The notes beneath the pieces were generated by a model, which searched no databases, had not been told where the DNA came from, and worked only from the letters and a program-made list of their open reading frames with translations. From Lytechinus pictus (lineage: Eukaryota), in the NCBI RefSeq assembly GCF_037042905.1, contig NC_087247.1, positions 11,482,148 to 11,546,147 on the forward strand: a stretch of DNA of 64,000 nt. Direction: 5' to 3'. Below are positions 25,416-38,158 of the stretch, piece after piece; the stretch's first letter is position 1, and each line of letters starts with the position of its first letter. The position numbers and the translations under genes are program-made.

Positions 25416-28400
25416 TGATACCAAGTATCAAGTGCAGTAGAGTATATGCAATTATAGAAGCTGCGCTATATATAAATGGAACATATTATTATTATTCATG
25501 TTCCTGATAAGATTCAAAATCATTTGAAAGGGTCGGCAGATGAATGGTTTTGAATGAAACACAGGATGGTTTTCTCACAATTCATTTCCTACCCATCTTC
25601 TACAAATGGGAAGCAGCCCCTGTGTGGGAAGCAGCCCCTGTGTGGGTTGAAGTATCATTGGATTAATAATAGAAATATCAATGGATAATACAATAATTTC
25701 TTGCAGACGTTAGGAAGTACTTTATAGACTCAATACACATCCTGTTTCAAAATCAAGGAAAGTGGGTGGTTCTTCGGTCACTATTAAAGACAGATTCAGA
25801 ATGATCTATTCATGTACCTCTAATTGCATTTGACTTCTTTGGGATTGGTGTTAAGGAGGCTGTGACATGTTTTAGTTCAAGCGGCCAGTGATGAAGTAAA
25901 AAAGAGATGCAGAATATTTTCAAGAAAAATTAATGATTATAATGAATAATAGTAGGCATTTATATTGTGCCATCTATCTAAAAATAATCTATTGCGAGGC
26001 ACATTGTTATTATTAACTAGAGTCTAGACTCTGGAATTTAAAATTAAGGATCAGAGAACTAGTGCGAAATGTGTAAATGAAATTCACAATTTTGTTCTTC
26101 TCTGACTGACATGATGGACTAGATAGATAGATAAAATGGTTTATTATAAGATCATCGCAGCCAAACGCCGAATTGTGATGAACTTTACAAACATACAAGT
26201 TACATATGAAGTTTTCATACAAAGTATCATAACATTTTTTAAATGATACACAAGCCTAATATGTAAGTTATATGATCTTAGAGTAAAAATTAGAGTCAGT
26301 GGAGAAAATGAGGAATATAGTAGTAGTATTCTTGATTTGGAGTATTCAATCTTTATCCTACTCTTAATTCTAATTAAATTCCACAAAATTACTGTTACCA
26401 AGGTTTTAGAATAATTCAGGACGTTTATGCATTAGACTCCGCATAAGTTGGCTTTCCATGTGTGTCAAAGCATTGTGTAAAACCAGGGCCCTGTCTTTAA
26501 GAGTTGCAATTGATCTGATCAATCGCAAGTATGGAAAGCCAGCAACATCAATAGGCCTATCTAAAATGCATGATTGTTCAAAATATTTTCTAGAAATGAA
26601 GTGTATAAAAAAATGATTGTTTCCTTGACAATTCAGTGTGTTCCCCTTTTTACAAAGGACATTTTGCAAATTTCCTGTTGAAAAAATTATGACACTGATG
26701 GATTTCTATAGAGTTATGATTGATTAAGTCAATTGAAAGACGGGGCCCAGCAGAATATGCAACACATATGTTGATTACATCTTCTAGAGTCCAACAAATT
26801 TCTTTGGTCCCAGGAGATATGAACTAGGGCCTTTCACACGTGAATCTTTAATCATAATTGTAATGATGATTGCAATTCGTCTTTAGAATCATCGGACCTT
26901 TCACACGCTCACTCAAAAACTGTGATTTGAATTTGAATTCCTGAGCGAAGGCAGTATGTGTCCTTGGTGACTTGCAATCAAAGCACTGCATCGCAAATAC
27001 AAACTACGATGAGTGCATGACAATTGTATTATCTAAGGATGTACTTGAAAGGTCAGGTAAGCTCCGCCCCCAAAAGATGTTTTGGAGGTCAAGCCTCACA
27101 AAATTCATACCGTAATTTGAGGGAAACTTAACTGGAATTCACCTCCGGAGTAGAATTTGAATTCGTGATTCTAATCATGTTCTGGTTTAGTTTCATACAT
27201 GTTAAAAATTTGTCATTAGCCTTATATTTCACTGGAATCATTCATATTACAATTTTTTTACTGTGTGAAAGGGCGGTTAGCCTTCTCTCATGTACTCAAG
27301 CCTCCCTCACCTCTCCAACCCAACCAGCCTCCTGCTCAAGCCCTCTACTTGAGCCTCTCACTCTGCCTTCTACTCAGCTTTCCTCTCCTTCTGGTTTACA
27401 GTCTTTTTAAGGACTACACTCATTTCAAAAAGAATATTCTACTTCTCAACCTCCACTTTCATGCCTTTCCATTTCACTTCTATCTCTATCCACTTTTATC
27501 TCGGTCCTTCCAGGACTTTACACATTGTGTACCATAAATTACTTCCGCGAATATCCCAAATTATATTGCTTTTTAACATGAAAGAATGATTTCTTCCAAA
27601 AACAGTCATCATATTAAGATAATCTGTCGACCTTTTATTGTTATGACTCATTCTGACAGCATCAATAAATGCTATTATCAAGGAGAACTCCATTTATGAT
27701 AAATCTAGCTGTTTACTATTTGCCTGTCAGTTTAAAACTTCTTCAGCGAAACTGAAGTAGGAACTGGAAGTCATTTATTTTCCGAGCACAGTACAGTATC
27801 TGGATTGTTTTCTTGAAACGTAATTAAGGTTTCAGCAAGCTGATGTAGAAGTGAGATATTTTACAAACACAGGAAGGTTGATAAAGGGTTGCCTGTTCGG
27901 GGGGGGGGGGGAAGTGTGATGGCTAATTAATTAGTTTAGATTGCTTGCAAGCCCTTGGGTCGTCCTCCAAAGCAACGAATGAAGGGCACAGTTTCCTCTT
28001 GCTTTACTTCTTTCTGTATTCACAATGGTGTTCGAGCAGAGAAGAATTCCTGTGCCTGTGTCCTGTACATGGATTTTATTTCTGTAGTTGAGGGAGTATT
28101 TATGTCCATAAAACTAGAATAAATTTGCCTGTAGATGATTCTCATTTGGAAGCCAATGTATTTGAATGCTATGTCAGATTGCAATTTTCACTTGATAAAC
28201 ATCAGCATGTCTTGATGAAACTTGTGCCTTTTTTGCTTTTTTGCCCTAAGAGCACTTACTTGGCCCTTGAAATGTGGGTGTAAGAACTTGTAGAGAATGC
28301 CAGCTCATCCACATCAAGGGTGGGGCTCTCTGTTACCATGGCTTCATTGGGGGGTTCACTCCTGCCCCCCTGCGGGTGTCATGCATGAATTCTGTCATCT

Positions 28401-30786
28401 TGTTATGAAAAGATCATACAGGGGATGTGCTCGTTTAGAGGGAACAACCCATGTTTGCCTTCTCTCTTCTGCTCTCGTTTCTCATTTCAAAGTAATATCC
28501 ATAACATGTTTGCTTCATCCGAATCAGGCCTTATATTTTTTTCAAAGTACATTCTGAGTCTTTTGCATCCTCCCTTTGTTTTAAACATGTTTTTTCATGT
28601 TTTATTGCATAGAATACACAAAGAAAAGAGTAAAAAGCAACACATCCACTGCAAAATTAACAAAAACTTAACAATGGAACAGTTATTACAGTTTACCAAG
28701 GATTTTTTTGCTTTTATATTGCTTTCCCCCCCCCCCCCATATCATCGTCTATTTCTTCAGACTCTTTTAAAAAGAAACATGACATTGTTCATGATTGTAA
28801 CCTAATTACCTTCTCCTCCTTGCCATCTTGTTTCATTTCATTGACATTTTCCACCAAATCCTTTGTCTCTTGGGCAGGTCACAAGGTTGCTACAAAATCT
28901 ACAACACTTTTGTGAGATAAAGGTGGAGCATCATGTTGCTATGGTAACCATTAAATAAATGGGTCTAGTTTGTTCTTCCCTGAGGCAGTTGTGCATGAGA
29001 TGCATCATCTTGCAAAAGAGAGGGGAAGCATTCATTATAAGGTGAATGCTGAGTGCCAATCCTCATCCTTAATTTCTCATCTCTCTCCTTCTTTCACCAT
29101 CTCCTATGTGGGTTCTTGATTTGTTCTGCAAGATGATGCATCCTGGGACTGTTCCCATAGCTATGTGTATTGCGTGTCCTGTCAGTGTTGTGCATTACCC
29201 CTTTTATGTTGCTACAGTCAAGTGTACAAAGGCTTGACTGTGGGAATGACGTGTGGCAGCGGTGGGATATAGCCTTTCTCTAGTGATCAAGCCTACCCTC
29301 CTTTTCCTTTGATCATGCTAGTAATCAACCTACCTGTCTCCGTTATCTGTGCACAACCGCTTTTTCGTCCTTGAATCTGATATGCATTCCATTACTGATG
29401 CTGCTCAGCACAGAATCTCTTGAAAGTTTTGGCCATGGGGATATTTGGTGGCAGCAGTGGGATGTGGCCTGTCTTCAGTCATCAAACTTTACTTGTCCTC
29501 CTTTTCCGTTGGTCATGCCAGTGGTTTACCTGTATGGCCAAAAATTAAATTTGATAACAAGGGTGGGGCTCCATACATCACCTTGCAGTTGTTCTGCAGG
29601 GTGCGCTTCATGCCCCCTTAGGAATAGAATTCAACTTTTTTTTTCTTTGCTAACAGGGAAAGGAAGTCCTTTGACAGTTTTTTTGAGTGTGTTGGATTAC
29701 TATTCTGTTGTTCTTGATTTCACTTTGATATTTCTTTAGATTTTTATTTGATTTTTTTCCTAGATCAAGCCAAATTTTACCTTGATCAGTCAGTAACCAA
29801 TTTTCTTAAATGTGTTGGATTTCGATATCTCTTGTTTACGCTTTTCCTTTGTTAACTTTTGTTTTTCCCCCTCTAATATGGATCAAACGCAGTTCTTTAA
29901 TTTTAACTGATCTCCATGTCATGCAATTGTTGGTCTCATATTCATCATCTCCGCCTCCTTCTTTTCTCCCTCCTTTCCTCCCCTCTTCCTCTTCTTATTT
30001 TTCCTTCCCTTGGCCATTTGCTCCTCTTCCCCCTACATTTTATCCTTCTCTTTTTTAATCATATCCAATCTTCTTTTCCTCTTCTTTCTCCTCAACCAAT
30101 CTCTTTTCTCTCAGATTTCTTTTTGTTACTCTCCAAAAAAGAAAGAAAATGCGTCAAGATATTTCTTTCTCGACTCTCTATCCCTCCATCATATCCTTCT
30201 CGGAGAAGTGTCTGGGGTTAGTCAGAGCATGGACCTATAGGTCCATGGTCAGAGGTATTATTAAAGGGTGGGGCTCCATCCATCCATCCATTCTGCTTCT
30301 TGCTCTGGTGCATGTTCTACCCCTTGGGCTCCCTGAAATATAAAGGACATCATCACTTCACCAGACTTTAGAAAGGATTGAATCCATTTATAGAGAAAAC
30401 AAGAGCAGTAATGTTAGACAACTTACAATTGTTTGCATGTTTTTCTTATTTATTATTTCATTTTCTTTGCTTGTCTATGTTTTGTGTTTCTTTTAGGAAT
30501 CTTCTGTATGTTGGGCTTAGCTCTTTTGGATTATTTTGGGAAAGGCCTTTTTGGTAATGTCTGCATATTTTTCAACCAGTCTCATCTTGATAATGTTTCA
30601 TATCAAAGGAAGCTGCAGTCTGATACTCAAAGGATGAAGCCATCCCATGTAAGGCCCTCAAACCCTCAACTGTCCGACCTTCACACATCCTGGTAGGGGC
30701 TCCCCTCATGTTTTTTCTGTCTACTTTAACAAATAAACTTTCTTTATAAGCAAACAATTCTGGGCAAACTCATCACTAGGGCCGTC

Positions 30787-31127
30787 TGCACCATCCCGAG
30801 TTTTCAAATTAGCGCGCTATTTCTGATCTGGCAGATTATCCCGATCTGAACAATCTCGAGATTATTTGCAATGGAGACTCAATTATCGCGCTAGTTCGTA
30901 GGATTAATCTCGAGATTGCAATCCCAAGTCAACTTGGTTATTAATTATCGCGCTAATTCGTAGGTGCAGACGCTCACGGCGTCAGACCATAATGCATCGA
31001 TGCCTCGCTCGAGCAGGAATCGCTCTTCTTGCGATGGTGGAGACAGGGTTTCTTGAATCTCGAGATTAATCGCGAAGAGGGCCGATCGGGCTAAAATCTC
31101 GAGATTGAGCAAACTCGGGATGGTGCA
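30787..31127. mobile_element. MITE with TIR TGCACCATCCCGAGTTT and internal ATCTCGAGATT subrepeats
   Basis: Left end GCACCATCCCGAGTTTTCAAATTAGCGCGCTATTTCTGATCT. Right end CAAACTCGGGATGGTGCAGCACCACC. Five internal copies of (A)ATCTCGAGATT(A/G). Confidence 0.6.
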
Positions 31128-31142
31128 GCACCACCTAATGAA

Positions 31143-31250
31143 CTCCAGTGAATTTCTTGGTGAAGAAAATTAGTGCTACCACTGAGATTTGAACCAACAA
31201 CCCTCAGATTAAAATGCGAGAGTCTGAGTCTCAAGATAACAATGCTTAGC
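31143..31250 (-). mobile_element. tRNA-derived SINE, 3'-truncated copy (head plus start of body)
   Basis: The reverse complement gives GGGTTGTTGGTTCAAATCTCAGTGGTAGCACTAATTTTCTTCACCAAGAAATTCACTGG, matching the family head/body junction. Confidence 0.5.
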
Positions 31251-32448
31251 TGAACTCTTCAAAGACAGTCCCGAACTTAAACTCAGGGGAACATATGCCA
31301 AAAGAGCGATGTGGTTTCAATTTAACAGTTTATAATGTAGGCATATTTCTATTCTTCAATACAAAGCTCTGGAGTGTATATTTCATCTGTGTTTTATTAA
31401 AATAGCAAGCACGAAAGTACCTGGTTTATGGTAGATGTGGCCAAGATAAAAGACTTGCCTAACAATGAAAGCCTTCAGGACCGAGGCTTCCTGTCTTTCA
31501 TGAGCAGTTTTCTTTTCTTATCCCTGGCACCCACAGCCACATATGTAGCCAATATCAACCCCTCATCATGCCAAATGAATATGAAGAGTCCATATCATTT
31601 AGTACTAATTTGGCAAGCTCCTGATAACTTAACAAATCTCTTTTTGTTTGAATAAAAAGAACATGATTACCACCAAGTGTGTTGTATTAAACTGATGTGG
31701 AAAGTTATTCTGGTAGAATATGGATAAGTGCTTGGTAGGATTAAAGGTATAGTGTGACATTGGTTGACAGCCAAGTAATGATTATATTTGCCCACTTTTA
31801 CTTATCTGTTCTCTGTGATAGTTACCGTTGACGACTTGCTGACACTATTAAAGTCAGGACTTCAAAGATCTAGAACTCTGATTCACCTTTATTTGAGAGA
31901 TTTTTATCTCAAAATCATTTGTCCCTGCAACTACCGAGTCTGGCTTTAGCACAACTGTTATGACAACAGGTCCATGATCTCATACTTGTCTTACATCTGT
32001 AATAAAACAATTAACTTTGTGCATTAGGTTTAGCTAGATCAGGGAATTGGATGAGTTTAAGAAATCTGCAAACAAGTTGCTGTATGACCATGGTGCTGCT
32101 ACACAAAATTTGATTAACTGGAGCCAGCAACCTTGACAAATTGACCTGTTTGACATCACACTTCATTATTCTAGTTAGAGAAAGTGTGAAATTGGACATG
32201 AATGAATCATGCAATTTTATGCTTGTGTTTTGGTTGCCTGGGATCCGAATAACGGAGGAGGACCTACTTCTGTGACAAGCTACTGAAATCCTTGTATCTG
32301 AATGGTGGCCGAGAGTGATTTTGACTGAAATCTACAATGCGCTTCACGATATTGCTCCCATGAAACACCATCACCATCCCGTCAATATTAGCATTCAGCC
32401 AAGCAACACAAAAAATGTCAGATATGATCACAGACATGATTTTCACCA

Positions 32449-32598
32449 GGGGCCTGTTTCATAAAACTTCTTATAATAACAAATTTGCAATAACAGATTA
32501 AAGCTACTGAAATCCTTCAATCTGATTGGATGATAGTGACTTTGTTATAGAAATTGTGCATTTGTTATTGTAAGAAGTCTTTATAAAACCTGACCCAG
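32449..32598. mobile_element. MITE family E copy
   Basis: GGCCCCTGTTTCATAAAAC...GCTACTGAAATCCTTCAATCTGATTGGATG...TTTATAAAACCTGACCC. Confidence 0.5.
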
Positions 32599-33049
32599 CT
32601 GCTGATACAAGCTTCTCAAATCCTTGCATCTGTTTGGCTGAGATTGAATTCGACGGTGAAATCACTACATAATAGCTGAAGGATATGCTCCCATGATTTG
32701 ATAAACACCATCTCCATCCCCTTGAGGAAAGTATTTAAACAAGCAACAACAAAAACTGTCAAATATGATTACGGAATGACACCATAGCATTCAGTAATCA
32801 GTATTGTGCAGTAATTCTGAGCATGACCTTTTTAGAGTAACCAAGTTTAATCAAGTTAAAGTAGATTGTTTTCGTAGCTTTATTCTTTTACATATACACA
32901 CTCATAATCTAGGAATTCAGTTAGGAAGAAGAAGGCGAGACATGAATTATGGGTAATGAACAGGAGGAGGGTGAGGGAGGGTTGGTATGAAATAGGCGAC
33001 ACGACATTTGCTCCTGCAACATTTGCTCCTGCGACATTTGCTCTGGCCT

Positions 33050-33660
33050 TGAAGGACAAGTCCACCCCAACAACAAGTTGATTTGAATAAAAAGAGAAAA
33101 ATCCAACAAGCACAACGCTGAAAATTTCATCAAAATCGGATGTAAAATAAGGAAGTTATGACATTTTTAAATTTCGCTTAATTTCACAAAACAGTTATAT
33201 GCACATCCCGGTCGGTATGCAAATGAGGGAACTGTTGACATCACACACTCACTATTTCTTTTGTAGTTTATTATATGAAATATGAAATATTCTAATTTTC
33301 TCCCCATTGTCCTGTGAAATAAAGTTTCATTTCTCCCTGAACATGTGGAATTACCATTGTTTAACATTTTATGGTTCAGTCAAGTTGGTCCTTATTGTCA
33401 AATCTGTAAAAAATGAAATTTTGTATAACTCAAACAATAAAAAACAAAGGAAATAGTGAGTGAGGGACATCATCGATTCTCTCAGTTGCGTGTGACTAAA
33501 TTGTGCATATAACTATTTTGTGAAAAATAAGCGAAACTTTAAAGTGCCATAACTTTCATATTTTACATCCAATTTTGATGAAATTTTCAGCATTATACTT
33601 GTCTGATTTTTCTCTGTTGATTTAAATCAACATTTTTCTGAGGTGGACTTGACCTTTAAT
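33050..33660. mobile_element. Foldback/MITE family C copy (more diverged)
   Basis: Same palindromic architecture and shared blocks (GCTGAAAATTTCATCAAAATCGGATGTAAAATAAGGAAGTTATGACATTTT). Ends GGTGGACTTGACCTTTAA. Confidence 0.6.
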
Positions 33661-34507
33661 ATCTCAGAAGGCATAGGGTTAGAGTTAGGATTGTAAAATA
33701 GTTTATATTTCAGAATAATGTAAAGATAAGGATTAGGGTTTATTTAATTTTGGAGGTTAGGTTTAATGTTAGACTTAACGTGCAGATTTTCCATTGTCGC
33801 AATTGTCGCCAGAGCAAAGGTCATGGAACCATAAAACAGGCCCATATCCATACCCTGAGTTCCAGCTTTTTCAATGTGCTCATACAAAGTTGCCAAAATC
33901 AGGAGAAAGTGATATAATTTTCAAAGCTGGATACATGTAAAGGGTTTATCCTAGCATGCACGTAGAACATTTGTGGCACTATTTTTGGAAGGGACGAACT
34001 GAAAAACATTTGTTTTGGATATTCGGGCCCCTTTGAGAAGAAGTCTGAGGTAAGAGTATGATTACTTGGTTAGGGTCCAGTTTGACTGTCCGTGGACAGC
34101 ATGGTGCCCACCTTCTAATGACTGTAGTCCCCCCCCCCCTCCCCACCCCTGCCAGCTGAAAATCGATTACGCCAAACATTGCTAACTCATTTTGATACCA
34201 TAATCAAGTCAAGGAAGTCGGTTAGACTTCATGTAACCAGACGATGTCTTAATTTTAAACCATGACTAGTGTCCGATCTGTCACCAACACTTGTCTTTTC
34301 TCACTTCTGTTTTTATTTGTGGTTCTTGTGGCTTTATTCAGCCATCTATATAGACACGTTCACCAGGTACAATTTAAGTGGCAGACATACCCATCCCAGG
34401 GCATGCATGCTGAAGGGATCTCCAGGTCCAAAGTACTGTTACCCTGGCCTTAGGTAGATGGTTGTGCAAACCCTTTACCCAAGGAAAATAGTGCAGCCTA
34501 AAGCCCC

Positions 34508-34930
34508 CAGTGGATACCATGCGCGACCATGGGGTCTCGAAAAGCACCCTAAACAAGTATTTTCCATTTTCCCTACCCTTAATAAGTATTGGAAGCAAAA
34601 CGATACCCTTGGCAAGTATTCTCTGAATTGAACCCCTAAACAAGTACAGCAATATTTTAATTGTTATATGTCACGGAGTTAGGTCGTCGGTTTTACCTTT
34701 ACCTACATTATTAGGTTTAGTACTGCCCCATGTACCTCCCACACCTCGCGCAAAACTTCCATCCTTCGCAAATTTGACCCTAAACACGTAGCTTTCCTAG
34801 CGAAAGAGATACCCTTTTTTCATTATTTCAGTGTTTTTTTACTCCCTTATTACGTTACGTACGTAACATGCCCTATCTTGAAAAGACATCCTTTTTACGT
34901 GTTTTTTTTTGGTTGCGCATGGTATCCACT
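34508..34930. mobile_element. Relative of the 49633-50094 MITE (TIR CAGTGGATACCATGCGCGACC)
   Basis: Termini CAGTGGATACCATGCGCGACC ... GGTTGCGCATGGTATCCACT. It carries the same internal (A)CCCTAAACAAGTA-type motifs. Confidence 0.55.
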
Positions 34931-35757
34931 CGTCAATGTAAGTGGCCACCCCCGGGCGTGAAGAGGAGATGCCATGGAGATGCAGAGAGAGCTGTTGCAA
35001 TATGTCTGCTAGTGGTATGGATGCATTTGGACTGAGATACGATTGGCAATTTGTTGCAATCGCATTGCGTACGCTGGGCTTACAAGTGACTAATTGTGAC
35101 CTCTCCTCTGTGAATACTGTCTAATGTTACCAGCATGGATCCACAGTCCATTGTAATGTAAATTGGATCAGCATGACTTTGTGTTCCATAATCCAGGGAC
35201 GTACCATGATGCAGCTTTGTATGTGCATCTTCACCATGTAAAGACATGCCTTGATCTGTAACCTGTGGTTGTGGCCTGCACCCCTGAGCAGACCAATATA
35301 TGTGACATAATATGGTACTGTTCAGCAATCCCCTGCTTTACTTTAATCCTTGATTGGTGAATCATAACACTCAAATCTTTGTTCTCAGTCTATCAAATCC
35401 CTTGAAATTTGGATAGGTCCCTGCAAAAGTTCTGGAAATTAAGGAGAAAAAATTTCTTTCAGGGAACACCGGCAGATTTTTATTTTTTATTTTTTGGGTC
35501 ACTGGATTGGTTTGAAACCTTTATTTTTTTCAGAGAAAGATTTCAAATCTTCGCATATAAGAAGGCCTAAACATCCTTTGAGTTTGGTCCTTTGAATTTA
35601 GCAAGTGTTTTTTTTTTCTCTCTACAAATTAACATTCTACGCTTGTGAGTTCTACCAGAGCTTTTCAAAAGACTAGACTCCACTTTTTCCCCAAAAGATA
35701 ATCCATTTGCTCCGACTGTGAAAACAATATGATTTCAATATGAGATCCTCTCCCCTT

Positions 35758-35900
35758 CTCTCTTAGGGAGCATTCCATGAAACAAATAATCAGTGATTTT
35801 CACAGACTGTTTCTTATAAGCTACTGAAATCCTTGCATCCGATTGGCTGGGAGCAAATTTGTCAGTGAAAATCATTGACAGAGCTCTTTGTGAAACACCC
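35758..35900. mobile_element. MITE family E copy
   Basis: CATTCCATGAAACAAATAATCAGTGATTTTCAC...GCTACTGAAATCCTTGCATCCGATTGGCTGG...CTTTGTGAAACACCC. Confidence 0.5.
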
Positions 35901-36485
35901 CCCTCCCAGGTGCATGACAAATGAAATGTTCTATACCACACTGGTGTGGTTTACACAGAATAAAAGATGATCTGTTTAATCTCTTCTGTCTGCTGTCTAG
36001 CAAAACCATATGAAATGTATTTATTCCGTCTACCCACAGCCCCACCATTAGGTGGTGAGCTGGGCCCGGTATCACAAAGCTTGGCAATCGATTGCAGGAC
36101 TAGTTTTTATGATTCATCATACACAATAATGAATTCAATCGATCATAGAAGCCAGGGCCCCATCTTATAAAGAGTTACGATTGATCCAATCAGTAACTCT
36201 ATGGAAATCCATCAGTGTCATAATTTTTTCTACAGGAAATTTGTAAATCATCCTTTGTAAACAAGGGAGAACACACCAAATTGTCAAGAAATCAATGAAT
36301 TTATGGATATACATTCATATCTAGAACAAATTTCGAACAAACATGCATTTCATATGTTGAGTTTGCTGGCTTTCCATAGTTGCGATTGACGCAGCCCTGC
36401 CCTTGATCAGTCGCTTACCTCTGGGGCTCTGGTATACTTTTCACAGATTAATATGGTAGATGGTGTGATAGGTCAATTCTCTAAG

Positions 36486-36668
36486 GCCGGTATTCTCAAA
36501 AGAGGTTTCAATTGTACCATGGTACAAAACTAGGGAATATGCAGATATCTCACCCTTTGCCAAAAGCTTGCATTTTAGTGATGAAATATTGATTACATTT
36601 TTAAAAATATGCCAGGTCTATGGCTTTGTATCAAGGTACAATTGAAACTTCTTTGGAGAATACGGGCC
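36486..36668. mobile_element. MITE with TIR GGCCGGTATTCTCAAAAGAGGTTTCAATTGTACC
   Basis: ~35-bp arms: GGCCGGTATTCTCAAAAGAGGTTTCAATTGTACCATGGTAC ... GTACAATTGAAACTTCTTTGGAGAATACGGGCC. Confidence 0.6.
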
Positions 36669-37217
36669 TGCATGTGTATGTGTAAAGTTAATTAGGGGAG
36701 GAAGAAGGGGAACAAGTTGTCCCCATAGCGTTGGGGGCGAGAGGGGTACTGGTTATTATGTCATCGTCGAGGGTTGTCTGTTGAAGTACTTGGAAAATGA
36801 TTTTGAGAGCCAAAGGTATAAGAAAGGAAGACGTGATTCACATCCTTGACTCACCGAGCAGGTTGACAGTTGCCATGGCAACCCAATGAAGTTTTGAAAT
36901 GTATCCCAGAATGCTCAGAGGAGACATGTCCCACTTCTGGCTTGCTTTTTACCTGACTTAATCATTTGAGACGTTGATGAAATCCATGATTAGCACTGTG
37001 CCACTAGTAGCCTCATTTTCTTTCCTGTAAAAAACCTATAGAATAATTCACATATTCACAAAAGATTATAAATGATTAAACATGGGGAAAATTAGCAAGA
37101 GAAACATACTGGCACTTCAAGCACCGATATTTGGGGTAGTGTGTTTGTGGTGACACGACATTTGCTTTCTGTAACAATTGCTCATGGCCTTATTTTGTCT
37201 ATTATGTAAAGTTAAGG

Positions 37218-37640
37218 TTGCAATAGATTCAGGAAACCAGTTTGGAAGATCGCTTTGCTAGCATTCCCACTTGATCACATGAAAGTGGTTTTCAAAATCA
37301 CTTCACGTAAAGCGATCTTGTTGCTATGGAAACGCTCTCAGTGGGGTGACACGTTTCGCGCGAAATTCGAAACCGCAGCATTGGCATTCGACACCTGTCG
37401 TGTGGAGTAGCGCGCTCAAAATGTGTGAAGATCGCTTCCCGAAGAACGGTTGTGTCCTCACTTACGCTAAAACCAGTTTAACGAGGCAAAGCGATCTTGA
37501 ATACTACTGTACATCGCGAGGTGGTTTTCTGAAATGGTTTGGAAGATCGCTTCCAAGATCGCTTCGACCGTTCTCACTACACGTTAAACTAGTTTCTACT
37601 CAACTAGTTTCCAGTAAACTAGTTTTAGGAAGGTAGTGTT
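37218..37640. mobile_element. Same ~420-bp MITE family (copy 2, inverted relative to copy 1)
   Basis: Its reverse complement aligns with 14112-14528 along the entire length. Confidence 0.6.
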
Positions 37641-37940
37641 AGTTATGTTTAGGGTAGGTATAAATCCAGGGTTGAAGTTAGACATTCGATGAATGAGTGG
37701 AATTTGATAACAGAGCAAATATCAGGGAATCAATGTTGTAGGTTGGGAACCATAGGGTTCCCCTCTTATATTGCATCTATCGTTTTGGCTCTATATTATC
37801 CCTTTTCCCTTTTTTAAATTCCTATCACTGTTCTTTGATAATCTGTCTTGTATTTTGAAAAACAATTCATAAGTACTGATAATAACAATTACCCACAGTT
37901 GCTGCAATCTATCTAGAAATATTATAAATAAATCTATCAT

Positions 37941-38158
37941 TATTACCCCGGCTTTAGCCCCAGCTGCCTTCCATCACTCGGTGCATTCAAGGAATTGAAC
38001 CTGCCGGGTACCAATTCACCTCACCTGGGTTGAGTGCAGCACAATGTGGATGAATTTCTTGCTGAAGGAAAACACACCATCACTGAGATTTGAACCCACC
38101 CACGACCCTCTGTTTTAAAGGCCAGAGGCTCATCCACTGGGCCACAGTGCTCCAACGC
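37941..38158 (-). mobile_element. tRNA-derived SINE copy (minus orientation)
   Basis: The reverse complement contains GGGTCGTGGGTGGGTTCAAATCTCAGTGATGGTGTGTTTTCCTTCAGCAAGAAATTCATCCACATTGTGCTGCACTCAACCCAGGTGAGG...GGGGCTAAAGCCGGGG. Confidence 0.6.

Noticed and set aside
29810-30343. Overlapping Pro/Ser/Leu-rich ORFs.
   Set aside because: They derive from the CT-rich tract at 29900-30140. Three overlapping frames are open at once, which is typical of low-complexity DNA rather than a gene.
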